Part shown: in pieces, positions 24,285-33,500 of the stretch
How the letters are laid out: every line of letters starts with the position of its first letter
Numbering within the stretch: position 1 is the first letter of the stretch
Virus record (IMG/VR): IMGVR_UViG_3300017960_000020
Coordinates: 1-51,518 of that record
Direction: 5' to 3' (one strand)
Source of the DNA: a virus
Taxonomy: Duplodnaviria > Caudoviricetes
DNA length: 51,518 nt
Notes under the pieces: model-generated
Seen by the model: the letters and a program-made list of their open reading frames with translations, nothing else
Databases searched by the model: none
Told to the model about the DNA's origin: nothing
Program-made: the position numbers and the translations under genes

Positions 24285-25772
24285 ATGGTCCTCATCTCCC
24301 CGACCCGCCAGGGTTTCTATGACCCCGGAGGCGACACCAGCGAGCGGTCGGCCTACTACGCCTTCTATCGGACCGACATCACCTTCGACGCCCCCGGGCG
24401 CCCGTGGGTGCTGAACCTGGAGGGTGGTGCCTGGGCGCCGGACTCCGGGCTGCCGTTCGACACCTTCGACACGGACGGCCGGCCGATCCTGGCGAAGCTC
24501 TACTACCGGGGCTTCGGGATCCTCTCGATCGGGCGCACGGTGACGGACGTGGCCTTGGACGGCAACGGGGCCTTCGATCCGACAACTTGGACGACGCCCC
24601 CCACTGGAGGCGTGCGGCTGGACTCGACGCCGGCGAACCTGGGCAAGCGGAGCTCGGAGAAGGACGTGGTGAACTTCATCCAGTTCCTGCGCTTCAACGG
24701 CATCGGCGACCTGGACCGCAGCGACGCGGCCAACGGGATCTGGGGCCGCTCGATGGGCTCCCAGGACGGCAGCTTCGTGGGGATCGGACCGGACCGCCGG
24801 ACGGGCTCGGGGTCGGACCGCTTCAACACGAACACCCGCCTGGGCTGGATGATCAACCAGTCCACGATCGCCACCTGGAAGGGCTACGTCGACGCCCAGA
24901 ACACCGGCGGCCACCTGACCGACGGCGCGGGAGGGAATGCCAACACCGTCGGCGAAGCCAAGGCCGCCCCCGGTGGCGCCGAGACGATCCGGCAGGCCAG
25001 CTCGCTGTGGTACGCCTTCGCCAACGAGGGCACCCGGCTACGGAACGCCACGATGCCGGTCTGGATCCAGTCCGGCGCGGAGGCGCTCCAGTACGCGGGC
25101 CCCTACGACTTCGACAGCTACGACGGAGTCGTCTCCAACACGCACCCCCCCGAGAACGTCGAGGCGCTGCGAGAGGCGTTCCTGGCGCTGGACACGGAGT
25201 TCGGCTCGACCTTCCAGGCTGAGAACTCCCGCTTCGTCCGCGACTACAAGGGCACCGACGAGGCCCTCGGCGAGGAGCAGTACCAGTGGGTCTTGCAGGT
25301 CTCCGGGGTCGGCGAGCTTCCGACGCGCGAGGAGGCGACCATCCAGGCTCTGGTCTCGCAGCTCGAGGGGATCACGACCGACGGCGGCTTCCGCACCGAG
25401 GTCGCTGAGGTCCGGCGGGTCTCCGAGCTCGCGACCGAGATCCGCACGCCTGGCATCGCCGTCATCGAGGTCGGCTCGAGCTACCAGGACGGCGCCGAGA
25501 ACAACGCCAACCGGATCACCATGCAGGTGGTTCTGGAGCTAACTGTCGGCAAGTACGCCGACCTGGAGAAGTCCGTCTCCAACTTCGTGGGTGACGTGCG
25601 GAAGGCGATCTACGCCGACCGGACGCTGGGAGGGAAGGCCCTGGACGTGAGGTTCGGCAGCTCTGATCGCTGGCTGAACTCTGAGCGCGGCCCGAGGGGC
25701 GGCGCGAATCTGACCCTGTCCATCGAGATCTTCGATTCGGCGGACGACCCCTACCTCGAGCCCTACTGCTGA
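24285..25772 (+). CDS. Alpha/beta-hydrolase (esterase) fused to a C-terminal tail terminator-like domain
   Basis: PWVLNLEGGAW oxyanion motif and GIWGRSMGS nucleophile elbow. The C-terminal ~150 aa (TREEATIQALVSQLEGITTDGGFRT...AIYADRTLGGKALD) resembles gpU-like terminators. Directly before the tail tube gene. Confidence 0.75.
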   Translation: MVLISPTRQGFYDPGGDTSERSAYYAFYRTDITFDAPGRPWVLNLEGGAWAPDSGLPFDTFDTDGRPILAKLYYRGFGILSIGRTVTDVALDGNGAFDPTTWTTPPTGGVRLDSTPANLGKRSSEKDVVNFIQFLRFNGIGDLDRSDAANGIWGRSMGSQDGSFVGIGPDRRTGSGSDRFNTNTRLGWMINQSTIATWKGYVDAQNTGGHLTDGAGGNANTVGEAKAAPGGAETIRQASSLWYAFANEGTRLRNATMPVWIQSGAEALQYAGPYDFDSYDGVVSNTHPPENVEALREAFLALDTEFGSTFQAENSRFVRDYKGTDEALGEEQYQWVLQVSGVGELPTREEATIQALVSQLEGITTDGGFRTEVAEVRRVSELATEIRTPGIAVIEVGSSYQDGAENNANRITMQVVLELTVGKYADLEKSVSNFVGDVRKAIYADRTLGGKALDVRFGSSDRWLNSERGPRGGANLTLSIEIFDSADDPYLEPYC

Positions 25773-25776
25773 ACCC

Positions 25777-27213
25777 ATGGCACTGCTCTCCAGAAACCGA
25801 CAACTACTGTTCGCGCCGGAGCCGGTCTTCGGCACGGCGGCCTCGCTGATCTCGGGGAGCTCCCTGGCGGCTGGGGCGAAAGCGCTTCGCATCCTCAACC
25901 CCGAGGTCCAGTTCGACTTCGAGAAGATCGAGGACGAGGCGGCCTCCCCCAGCGCGGGTCGCCTGCCGTACCGAGCCGGCGTCCGCCAGGGCACCGTCAC
26001 CTTCGGGATCGAGCTGTCGGGGCCCAAGTCCGGCACGCTGACCGAGGCACCCGCCTGGGCCGAGCTACTCGAGGCCTGCGGGATGCGCGCGGTGGCCGCC
26101 AAGAAGGTGACCATCGACGCCTTCGACACGGGCACCGTGTTCAAGCAGGGGCGGACCTTCGCGGCTGACGGCTCCAACGGAGTCGGTCGGGTCTTGAAGA
26201 CGCTCTACAGCGCCCAGGGAGACGACACGCTGATCTACGAGGATCTGGGCACCGACGTCGACTCCGGCGACACCACGCTCACTTTGAGCGATCCGGGGGG
26301 CGAGTTCGACGGCAACATTGTCGACATCACGAGTCAGACCCCGGCGAACGCGGGGTTCGCGTTCGTGCCCACCACTCTGCCGGGCTACACGCTGACCCTC
26401 AGCGTCGGCGTCTCCCAGGACTTCAACGAGGGTGACATCGTCACCGGCGGCACGTCGGGGGCTGTGGGCCGTGTGGCCCAGACCAGCCTGTCGGGCGCGA
26501 CCAAGCTGGTGGTGACCTTCCTGGGCGCCGTCCAGGCCTTCTCCGCGGGCGAGACGATCACTCGCGTCGGCGGAGGCACCGCCACGATGGGCACGCAGAC
26601 GGCGACCTACGGCCAGTCGCTGACGATCGGCCTGGTCGAGAGCGAGCGCTTCAAGGTGCTCCGGGGCTGCCGCGGGACGTGCCAGTTCGATCTGACCAAC
26701 GCCCGTGCGCCGCGAATCAACTTCACCTTCCGCGGGGTCTACGACTCGGTCACCGACCAAGGCTCGCTCGCGGTCAGCCCCGACGGCGGCGCAACCCCGC
26801 CGCGCTTCGTGGGCGCCACGATCTGGGCGGGAACCGACGGCGCGTTCTGCCCGCAATTCCAGCAGCTCACCGTCGACCTCAACGCCAACCCCGCGATGAT
26901 CGCGGATCCGAAGTCGAGCGAGGGCATCCTCGGCGCCTACGCGGCCCGACGCGACATCAGCGGCCAGATCAACCCGCTCGCGCGCCTGGAGCAGAGCTTC
27001 GCGACCTACGCCAAGGCCGCGGCCGCGACCGACTTCCCGCTGCAAGTCGCCTGGGGCACCGAGGGCTCGGGCAACGCCTTCGCCTTCCAAGCGGACCGGA
27101 CGACCTTCCGCAGCGCTAACGCAGGCGACCGAGACGGCCTGATGACCGACGAGTTGCCGCTCGACTTCTTCGAGTACGCAGGAAACGACGAGTTCGTATT
27201 CCTGACCCTGTGA
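25777..27213 (+). CDS. Major tail tube protein with inserted domains
   Basis: LLFAPEPVFGT N-terminus, LLEACGM, LRGCRGT..F..RINFTFRG, GDRDGL; Thr/Gly-rich; precedes the chaperone and tape measure genes. Confidence 0.85.
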   Translation: MALLSRNRQLLFAPEPVFGTAASLISGSSLAAGAKALRILNPEVQFDFEKIEDEAASPSAGRLPYRAGVRQGTVTFGIELSGPKSGTLTEAPAWAELLEACGMRAVAAKKVTIDAFDTGTVFKQGRTFAADGSNGVGRVLKTLYSAQGDDTLIYEDLGTDVDSGDTTLTLSDPGGEFDGNIVDITSQTPANAGFAFVPTTLPGYTLTLSVGVSQDFNEGDIVTGGTSGAVGRVAQTSLSGATKLVVTFLGAVQAFSAGETITRVGGGTATMGTQTATYGQSLTIGLVESERFKVLRGCRGTCQFDLTNARAPRINFTFRGVYDSVTDQGSLAVSPDGGATPPRFVGATIWAGTDGAFCPQFQQLTVDLNANPAMIADPKSSEGILGAYAARRDISGQINPLARLEQSFATYAKAAAATDFPLQVAWGTEGSGNAFAFQADRTTFRSANAGDRDGLMTDELPLDFFEYAGNDEFVFLTL

Positions 27214-27219
27214 CGCCAC

Positions 27220-27250
27220 TGGGGGAGGTGTCTGGCCGGCGCCTCCCCCA
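27220..27250 (+). terminator. Hairpin after the tail tube gene (no U-tract)
   Basis: TGGGGGAGGTG / CGCCTCCCCCA 11-bp stem with one GU pair. Confidence 0.45.
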
Positions 27251-27277
27251 TCCACTCCCCGCTCCACCCATCCCGCC

Positions 27278-27688
27278 ATGCGAGCCATCCAGCGAAGCGA
27301 GCGCGTCCTAATCCACCCGGACGACGCCGACCTCCCCGCCGACCAGCAGACCCGGTTCTACCTCGCTCCTCCGACGCCTAAGCTCCAGGCCCTGGTGGCC
27401 GACGCCGCGAAGATCGAGCGCACCTCCGAGGGCGTGGTCATCCACCATCGCTCAGCTCAGGCGGGCCTCGAGTACCTCCTAGGCTGCCTGGTCAAGGTGG
27501 AGAACCTGCTCGACATGGCCGGCCAGCCAATCGAGGTGCCGCGCGCTCAGCACCCCCTCCTTGCCGAGGGCTGCCTGCGGGTCACCGAGGCGGGCCTGGC
27601 GTCGGTTCCCGAGAACGTCGTCGGCTGGCTGATCCAGAAGGTCCGCGAGGAAACCGAAGTCAAGGAGGCCGAGCGGGGGGAGTCCTAG
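27278..27688 (+). CDS. Tail assembly chaperone (gpG-like)
   Basis: Between tail tube and tape measure genes; ends in a G-run slippery site. Confidence 0.75.
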   Translation: MRAIQRSERVLIHPDDADLPADQQTRFYLAPPTPKLQALVADAAKIERTSEGVVIHHRSAQAGLEYLLGCLVKVENLLDMAGQPIEVPRAQHPLLAEGCLRVTEAGLASVPENVVGWLIQKVREETEVKEAERGES

Positions 27689-28134
27689 TCGCAGCCCACA
27701 TCCACGGGAACCCGGAGTTGGAGCCCGACTGCTTGGTCTGCACGGACCCGGCAGCTGCGGATCAGCGAAGGGCCTGGGGTTGCGACAGCGATGCTCCCTG
27801 CGAGGTCTTCGTCACCACCTGTCCACGATGCGACGGCCGACGCTATTTGACCCCCGAGCAGCCCTGCGAGCTGTGCACGCCCGAGGAGGGCGGCGAGCCT
27901 ACGGGGGAGGTCCCGTCGTACAGGTGCCCCACCGCGAGGCTCTCCCCGCTCGGAGCCTGCTTGGCGCGCGAGTTCTCGGAGGCGTACGACAGCGGCCGGC
28001 TTCCGAACGGCGGCGGCTTCATGGATCAGCCGCTGCGCTGGGACCTGCTGTTCCGCATCTACAGCGGGGAGCGGGGGCGGTTGCAACGCGCTCTGATGGA
28101 GAGGGCCAAGGAGAAGCGCGGTGGTAGTCGCTGA
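27679..28134 (+). CDS. Tail assembly chaperone -1 frameshift extension (gpT-like), Cys-rich
   Basis: The -1 frame is open from the six-G run at 27675-80 into ORF 27718..28134; C-terminal GRLPNGGGFMDQP. Confidence 0.65.
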   Translation, partial: GVLVAAHIHGNPELEPDCLVCTDPAAADQRRAWGCDSDAPCEVFVTTCPRCDGRRYLTPEQPCELCTPEEGGEPTGEVPSYRCPTARLSPLGACLAREFSEAYDSGRLPNGGGFMDQPLRWDLLFRIYSGERGRLQRALMERAKEKRGGSR

Positions 28135-30574
28135 CGAACGCTTTCTGATCGAGCTGAAAGCCACCGGCAACGCCGAGGAGGCCTTCGAGAACCTGGGCAA
28201 GGAGGTTCGGGACACGGCTCGCCGGATCGACACCGAGAGCCGCAAGGCTGGCCGGGACTACGACCGCTTCACCGACAAGGCGGTCCGGGACTCGAATCGG
28301 CTCGAGCGATCCGTCAAGGGCGTGGGGTTCGCCCTGACCGGCCTGGGGGTTGCTGCCGCCGGGCTTGGCGCGGCCTACGCAGTCGTCAGCCAAGCGATCG
28401 ACCTCTCCGCCCTGGCCTCCGAGGCCGAGGAGACCCAGAGCAAGTTCGACACCCTGTTCGACGGGCTCGAGGAGCGCGCCAACGGCCTGGCTCTGGGCCT
28501 CGCCGAGAGCCTGGGCCGCGCGCCGACCGACATCCAAGACGCCATCGCGGGCTTCCAGGCGCTACTGACGCCGATGGGGCTGGTGAACGAGGAGGGGTTG
28601 GAGATCTCGTCCACGCTGACCCGCCTGGGCCTGGACCTCAGCTCGTTCTTCAACACGGCCGAGGACGATGCGTTCTTGGCCCTGCGGTCCGCGTTGATCG
28701 GTGAGACTGAGCCACTGCGCCGGTACGGCGTGAACCTGCTGGACGTGCGGGTCCGCCAGGAGGCGGTGCGCTTGGGGTTGGCTGAGACCAGCGCCGCGGC
28801 CGACGACCAAGCGCGCGTGCTGGCCCGCCTGTCGCTGATCCTGGGGGACACGGACAAAGCCCAGGGCGACCTAATCCGAACCCAGGACAGCTTCGCGAAC
28901 AGCTTGCGGGGGCTGCGGAGCCAGCTGCGGGGGGCGCAGATCGAGGCGGGTCAGCGGATCAACGAGGCGGTGCTGCAGGGCATCGAGGACGCGGGCGGCG
29001 TGGAGCGCATCACCCAGTTGTTCGAGGTGGGATTCGAGACCATCGCTGATCTGACGAGGGTCGGAATCTCTGGGCTGGTCGAGTTTGCGTCGACTGGCCT
29101 TGAGGTTGTGGACCGGCTTGGTGGACCAGAAGGGGTCGCCCGGGTCGTGGCAGGGACCGCAGACCTTGCTATCGCCCAGATCCGGTTCTTTGGAGCTGAA
29201 GCTCGCGAGCAGATCGAGCCACTTGTTCAGTTCCTAGATGACGCGGGGGTGCTTGCGGAGACAGCCTTCGGGCGTAGCCCAGGCGAGTTGATCAAGGATC
29301 AATTCAGTCTCGAAGGCCCGTCTCTTCAGGAGCAAGTCGAGCAAGCAAGGGAGCTTCAGGAGCGAATCGCTGCCCAAGAAGACGTCCTTCGTGGCCTGGC
29401 TGTCCGGCAAGCCAACCTTTTCCGAGAGAACGGTGGCCAGGTCAGCCAGGCTGCCACGGCGCTTCAGCTGGACTACCGCCAGGCATTTCAAGGCCTCGAG
29501 AACGCTCAACGGCTGTTCGATGGACTGCCCGATGTCGTTCTAGATCTAGTTGCCGCTCAAGATGGCCTAGCGCAGTCCCTCGCGCCGCTTGGAGAGCAAG
29601 CAGCAGAGGGGATCGTGGAAGGCGCGGAGAACGCTCTTGCCGCCACAGACTTCTCGCGCATCGCCGAGGGTCTAGGCTCAGGCCTGTTCGGCCGACAGTC
29701 GGAAGTGATCGCGGGGCAGGGCGGTGAACGCGCGGGCCAGGCCTACGCCGAAGGCATCGCCCGGTACCTCAACGCGATCGGGCCCGAGGTGTTCGCGGCG
29801 GGGCAGAACGCCAACTTCCTGGAGGAGCAGCTGGCGCTGCAACTCGAGATCGCCGAGCTGACCAACGACCAGCAGTTCATCTTGGACGCTGAGATCCAAG
29901 GGCGCCTGGATCGGGTCGACGCGATGCTGCACGAGAACGCGATCCTTGACGATCAGGCCGAGAAGCTCCGTGAGTTGATCCAGCAGTACGGATCGCTTCG
30001 TAACGCGCAGGAGGGAGTCGGCGGAGAGTTGACGCAGTTCGGCGACAGCTTGGACCGAATCTCCACCAACGCCCTTGCCGGCTTCATCCAAGGCGGCGAG
30101 CAGGCGACTCGGGCTGCCGAGCAGTTCCAGCGGGCCTTACAGAACCTCCTCGCCGAGCGAGCGGCTGAGTTCATCTTCGACCTGATCCTCCCAGGCGGGT
30201 TCGGAAGCATCTTTGGCTTCGCAGGCGGCGGCGTCGTCCAAGGCCCCTCGACCGCACTCGGTGCCCTCCCCCTGAACTTCTACGCCGGCGGCGGCATCGT
30301 GGACTCCCCCCAGCTATTCGTGGCTGGCGAGGGGCAGTCCGCGGAGGCCATCGTGCCCATGCCGAACGGTGCGGTCCCGGTGCAGTTCACCAACGGCGGC
30401 GGGGGCGGCGGAGGCAACACGGTCGTCGTGAACCTCAACGTCTCGGCGCTCGACGGTCAGGACGCCGCGCGGGTGCTCCAGGGCCAACTCGGCACCATCC
30501 AGGCGGCCGTCATCGAGGGCCTGCAAGGCGGCAACCGCGGCCTCATCGAGTCCGTCCGGGGGGTCAACGCATGA
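28121..30574 (+). CDS. Tape measure protein
   Basis: 817 aa, helical and Ala/Leu/Gln-rich; DLSSFFN, LIGETEPLRRYGV, FAGGG, VAGEGQSAEAIVPM. Confidence 0.92.
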   Translation: MVVADERFLIELKATGNAEEAFENLGKEVRDTARRIDTESRKAGRDYDRFTDKAVRDSNRLERSVKGVGFALTGLGVAAAGLGAAYAVVSQAIDLSALASEAEETQSKFDTLFDGLEERANGLALGLAESLGRAPTDIQDAIAGFQALLTPMGLVNEEGLEISSTLTRLGLDLSSFFNTAEDDAFLALRSALIGETEPLRRYGVNLLDVRVRQEAVRLGLAETSAAADDQARVLARLSLILGDTDKAQGDLIRTQDSFANSLRGLRSQLRGAQIEAGQRINEAVLQGIEDAGGVERITQLFEVGFETIADLTRVGISGLVEFASTGLEVVDRLGGPEGVARVVAGTADLAIAQIRFFGAEAREQIEPLVQFLDDAGVLAETAFGRSPGELIKDQFSLEGPSLQEQVEQARELQERIAAQEDVLRGLAVRQANLFRENGGQVSQAATALQLDYRQAFQGLENAQRLFDGLPDVVLDLVAAQDGLAQSLAPLGEQAAEGIVEGAENALAATDFSRIAEGLGSGLFGRQSEVIAGQGGERAGQAYAEGIARYLNAIGPEVFAAGQNANFLEEQLALQLEIAELTNDQQFILDAEIQGRLDRVDAMLHENAILDDQAEKLRELIQQYGSLRNAQEGVGGELTQFGDSLDRISTNALAGFIQGGEQATRAAEQFQRALQNLLAERAAEFIFDLILPGGFGSIFGFAGGGVVQGPSTALGALPLNFYAGGGIVDSPQLFVAGEGQSAEAIVPMPNGAVPVQFTNGGGGGGGNTVVVNLNVSALDGQDAARVLQGQLGTIQAAVIEGLQGGNRGLIESVRGVNA

Positions 30575-33500
30575 GCCTCCCCCAGGACCGCACCTTCGAC
30601 GACCCGACCAACGCGGCCGTCTGGGGCCCCTACCAGCAGCTCTACCCCGGCGCCCGTTTCGGCACCGGTGCGGACGACGCGCGCCTCCCCCGAGAGGGTC
30701 GGATCTGCAAGCTGCCCGACGGGATCGGCGGCAAGGGCGTGGTCTTCGACAGCCGGGACAGCTCGGCGACCGTGGCGGCCTGCTTCCCCCGTCTGGATGC
30801 TTCCCTGTCGGACGCCCAGGTCTCCGCGTGGATGCGGTTCCAGCGGATCCAGGGCGAGGCGAGCTCCAAGCAGTTCAACCGTTGCGGCGTGTTCGCGCGC
30901 GGGGATGCGGCGGGGATCGTGGGCGCGGAGTCGCCGGACCCCTACGTGGCGCTCACCAACGTCGACGCCTACGCCTTCGCTCTGGAGCCCCAGAGCCAGC
31001 CGGGGACGTTCAAGTGGAAGCTGGAGCGGTGGGACGCCGCCGGCAGCGTGGTCGACCTGGCCGAGACCGCGGTGATGCGGCAGTACCAGCAGACGCTCCA
31101 CAAGCCGATGGGGATGCGCCTGCAATTCTCGAACGACACCGGCAGCGCGGTCACGATCAAGGCCCAGGTGAAGGACACGGCGTACCTGGAGCCCGTCGAG
31201 GCCCAGGACGGCGGAGGTCCTGGCAACCCCGGCAACAGCCCGCTCGGGGTCAACAGCGCGTTCCTCAAGGACTACTCGACGCTGGCGGCCCTGTACCGGG
31301 CCAACCTGATGCACGGGGCGCGCGAGTGGGTCACACAGGACATTGGCGTCAACGACCTGGTCGAGAAGGGGCACCCCAAGGACCTGAAGGCCAACGGGCT
31401 GCCGAACTCGATCCCGACGGTGGCGACCACGCTAGGGACGGTGCTGTTCCGGGACGTGCTGACCGCCGGGGTGGACTCGACCCCGCTCCCGACCTACCGG
31501 GCCGGCCGCTACGTGGTCGAGTGGAAGGGCGGCCTGGTCGAACTGGACACTTCTGGCACGTACGACGTGAGCCAGACGTTCGGGGTTTCGACGCTGCCCG
31601 ACGGCGGGCGACGACTCGAATTCGACGTGCCGACGCCGTCGAGTGCCGGCATCTACCTGCGGATCACGACCGTCGACGCGGGGGGCATGGACTACCTACG
31701 TGTCTTCTACAAGGACGACGAGCCGACCCTGGCGACGGAGCCCTGGGACACGGACGCGCTCAAGGACTTCACCGAGTACTTCAGCTGCTTCCGGTTCATG
31801 GACTTCCTGGAGGCCAACCGGAACGAGCAGGAGACTGAGGCGGATCTGCTGCCGGACGACTACCTGTTCTGGTCGGGCGACAACGGAATGCCCTTCTTCT
31901 GGCAGATCGAGTTGGCCAACAAGATGCAGGTCAACCCGTGGTTCAACCTGCCGGTGAAGCTCAACTCGGCGGGGCGCCAAGCGGTGCTCACCCAGATCCG
32001 TGACGGGGTGGACCCGGGGCTCGAGATCTACCTGGAGCGCGGCAACGAGCAGTGGCTGGGCCAGCACTTCGCGGTCCCAGTCTCGGGCCAGCCGGACGCC
32101 TACTTCCCCGGCACCAGCCTGGTCCCCGGGCCTTTCTCGTTCGAGTTCGCCAACGACGTCAGCCCGCACCCCACCGAGGCGGGCGCGGTGCAGCTGGGCC
32201 CCGGCGCGCTGGATCCGAACCCCTACACGGCGGCCTACATCGGCATGGGCATCCTGGCCCAGCAGATGTTCGACGACGTCAACGTGGTCTTCCAGGGGCA
32301 GCTGGACCGCGTGGTCCGGGTCGCCGGCTCGCAGTTCGCCAACGCCTTCGTCTCGGAGAAGGTGCTGGAGAACGCGCCGGACGCCGACGCCCTGGCGGTG
32401 GCTTTCTACGTCCCCGGGACCCCCGGGAGCACGAACTACGCGCCGTCGATCGCGGACATCTTCACCACGCTGCGGTCGGAGTTCCCCACCGTCCGCTCGC
32501 GGATTCAGGCCCAGAAGGCGGAGGCGGACTCCAAGGGGGTGCGCCTGGTCGCCTACGAGTGGGGCCAGCAGCTGATCTGCTCGCCGGCCGACCTCGTCAA
32601 GATGATGCAGGTCCAGGCTGACCCGCTGATGGAGGGCTTCATCGAGGACCTCTACCAGATTTGGCTGGAGGAGAACGGGACCGAGCTCGCGGTCTTCTTC
32701 CACAGCCACCAGAAGGGCACGACCGACGGCCAGTACGGCTTTCGCCGCTACCCCGGGCAGCCGCAGTCCGAGTGCCCCAAGGCGCGCGCGCTGGCGAGTA
32801 TCGCCGAGGACCAGTCCAACGTGGGCTCCTCCGAGGCGGTGGCTCTGGCGGTCGACGCCGAGGCCTCGATCTCCAAGGACGTGGGCTTCAAGGGTCAGAA
32901 GCTCGTCACCCCCAAGGTCTGGAAGACCGTCATGGAGATCACGGTCTCCGGCGCGGACTACGTCGCCGGCGGGGACGCCTTCGGGATCTTCGGCGACGTG
33001 GCGCAGACCCAGGCGATCACTGGCGGGCTGGACAAGATCTGGGCCGCGGCGTGCTCGCGGCTGTTGGTCGAGCGCAACAACGATCCGTCCACCATCTACT
33101 TCGACGACCGCTTCGGGGGCCGCGTGGACTCCCTGTGCGGCCGGCGGACGCTGGACGGCCTGGGGAGCTGCTTCGACTACGGGAGCGAGTTCTCCGGCGA
33201 CCTGGCGGGCTACGGGCTGGCCCTCGCGTCGAACCCTTACCAGCTGGGCTACTCGAGCCTCGAGGGCGGCTACGTCACGGCGAGCTCGAACGCTCGAGGC
33301 TGGGAGATCTACCAGCGCTTGGCGGACAGCCCGAAGTCTCAGCACCGGCTGGCCTCGGTCAAGATCACCGGGGGCTCGAGCGGCGCGGCCGTGGGGCTCG
33401 TGCAGCGCGTATCCGTGGATACCGCGGCGGCCGGCGCCGAAGTCCCGATCAGCGGCTACCAGTTCCTGGTGGTCTACAACGGCACCACGGCGGAGGCCCA

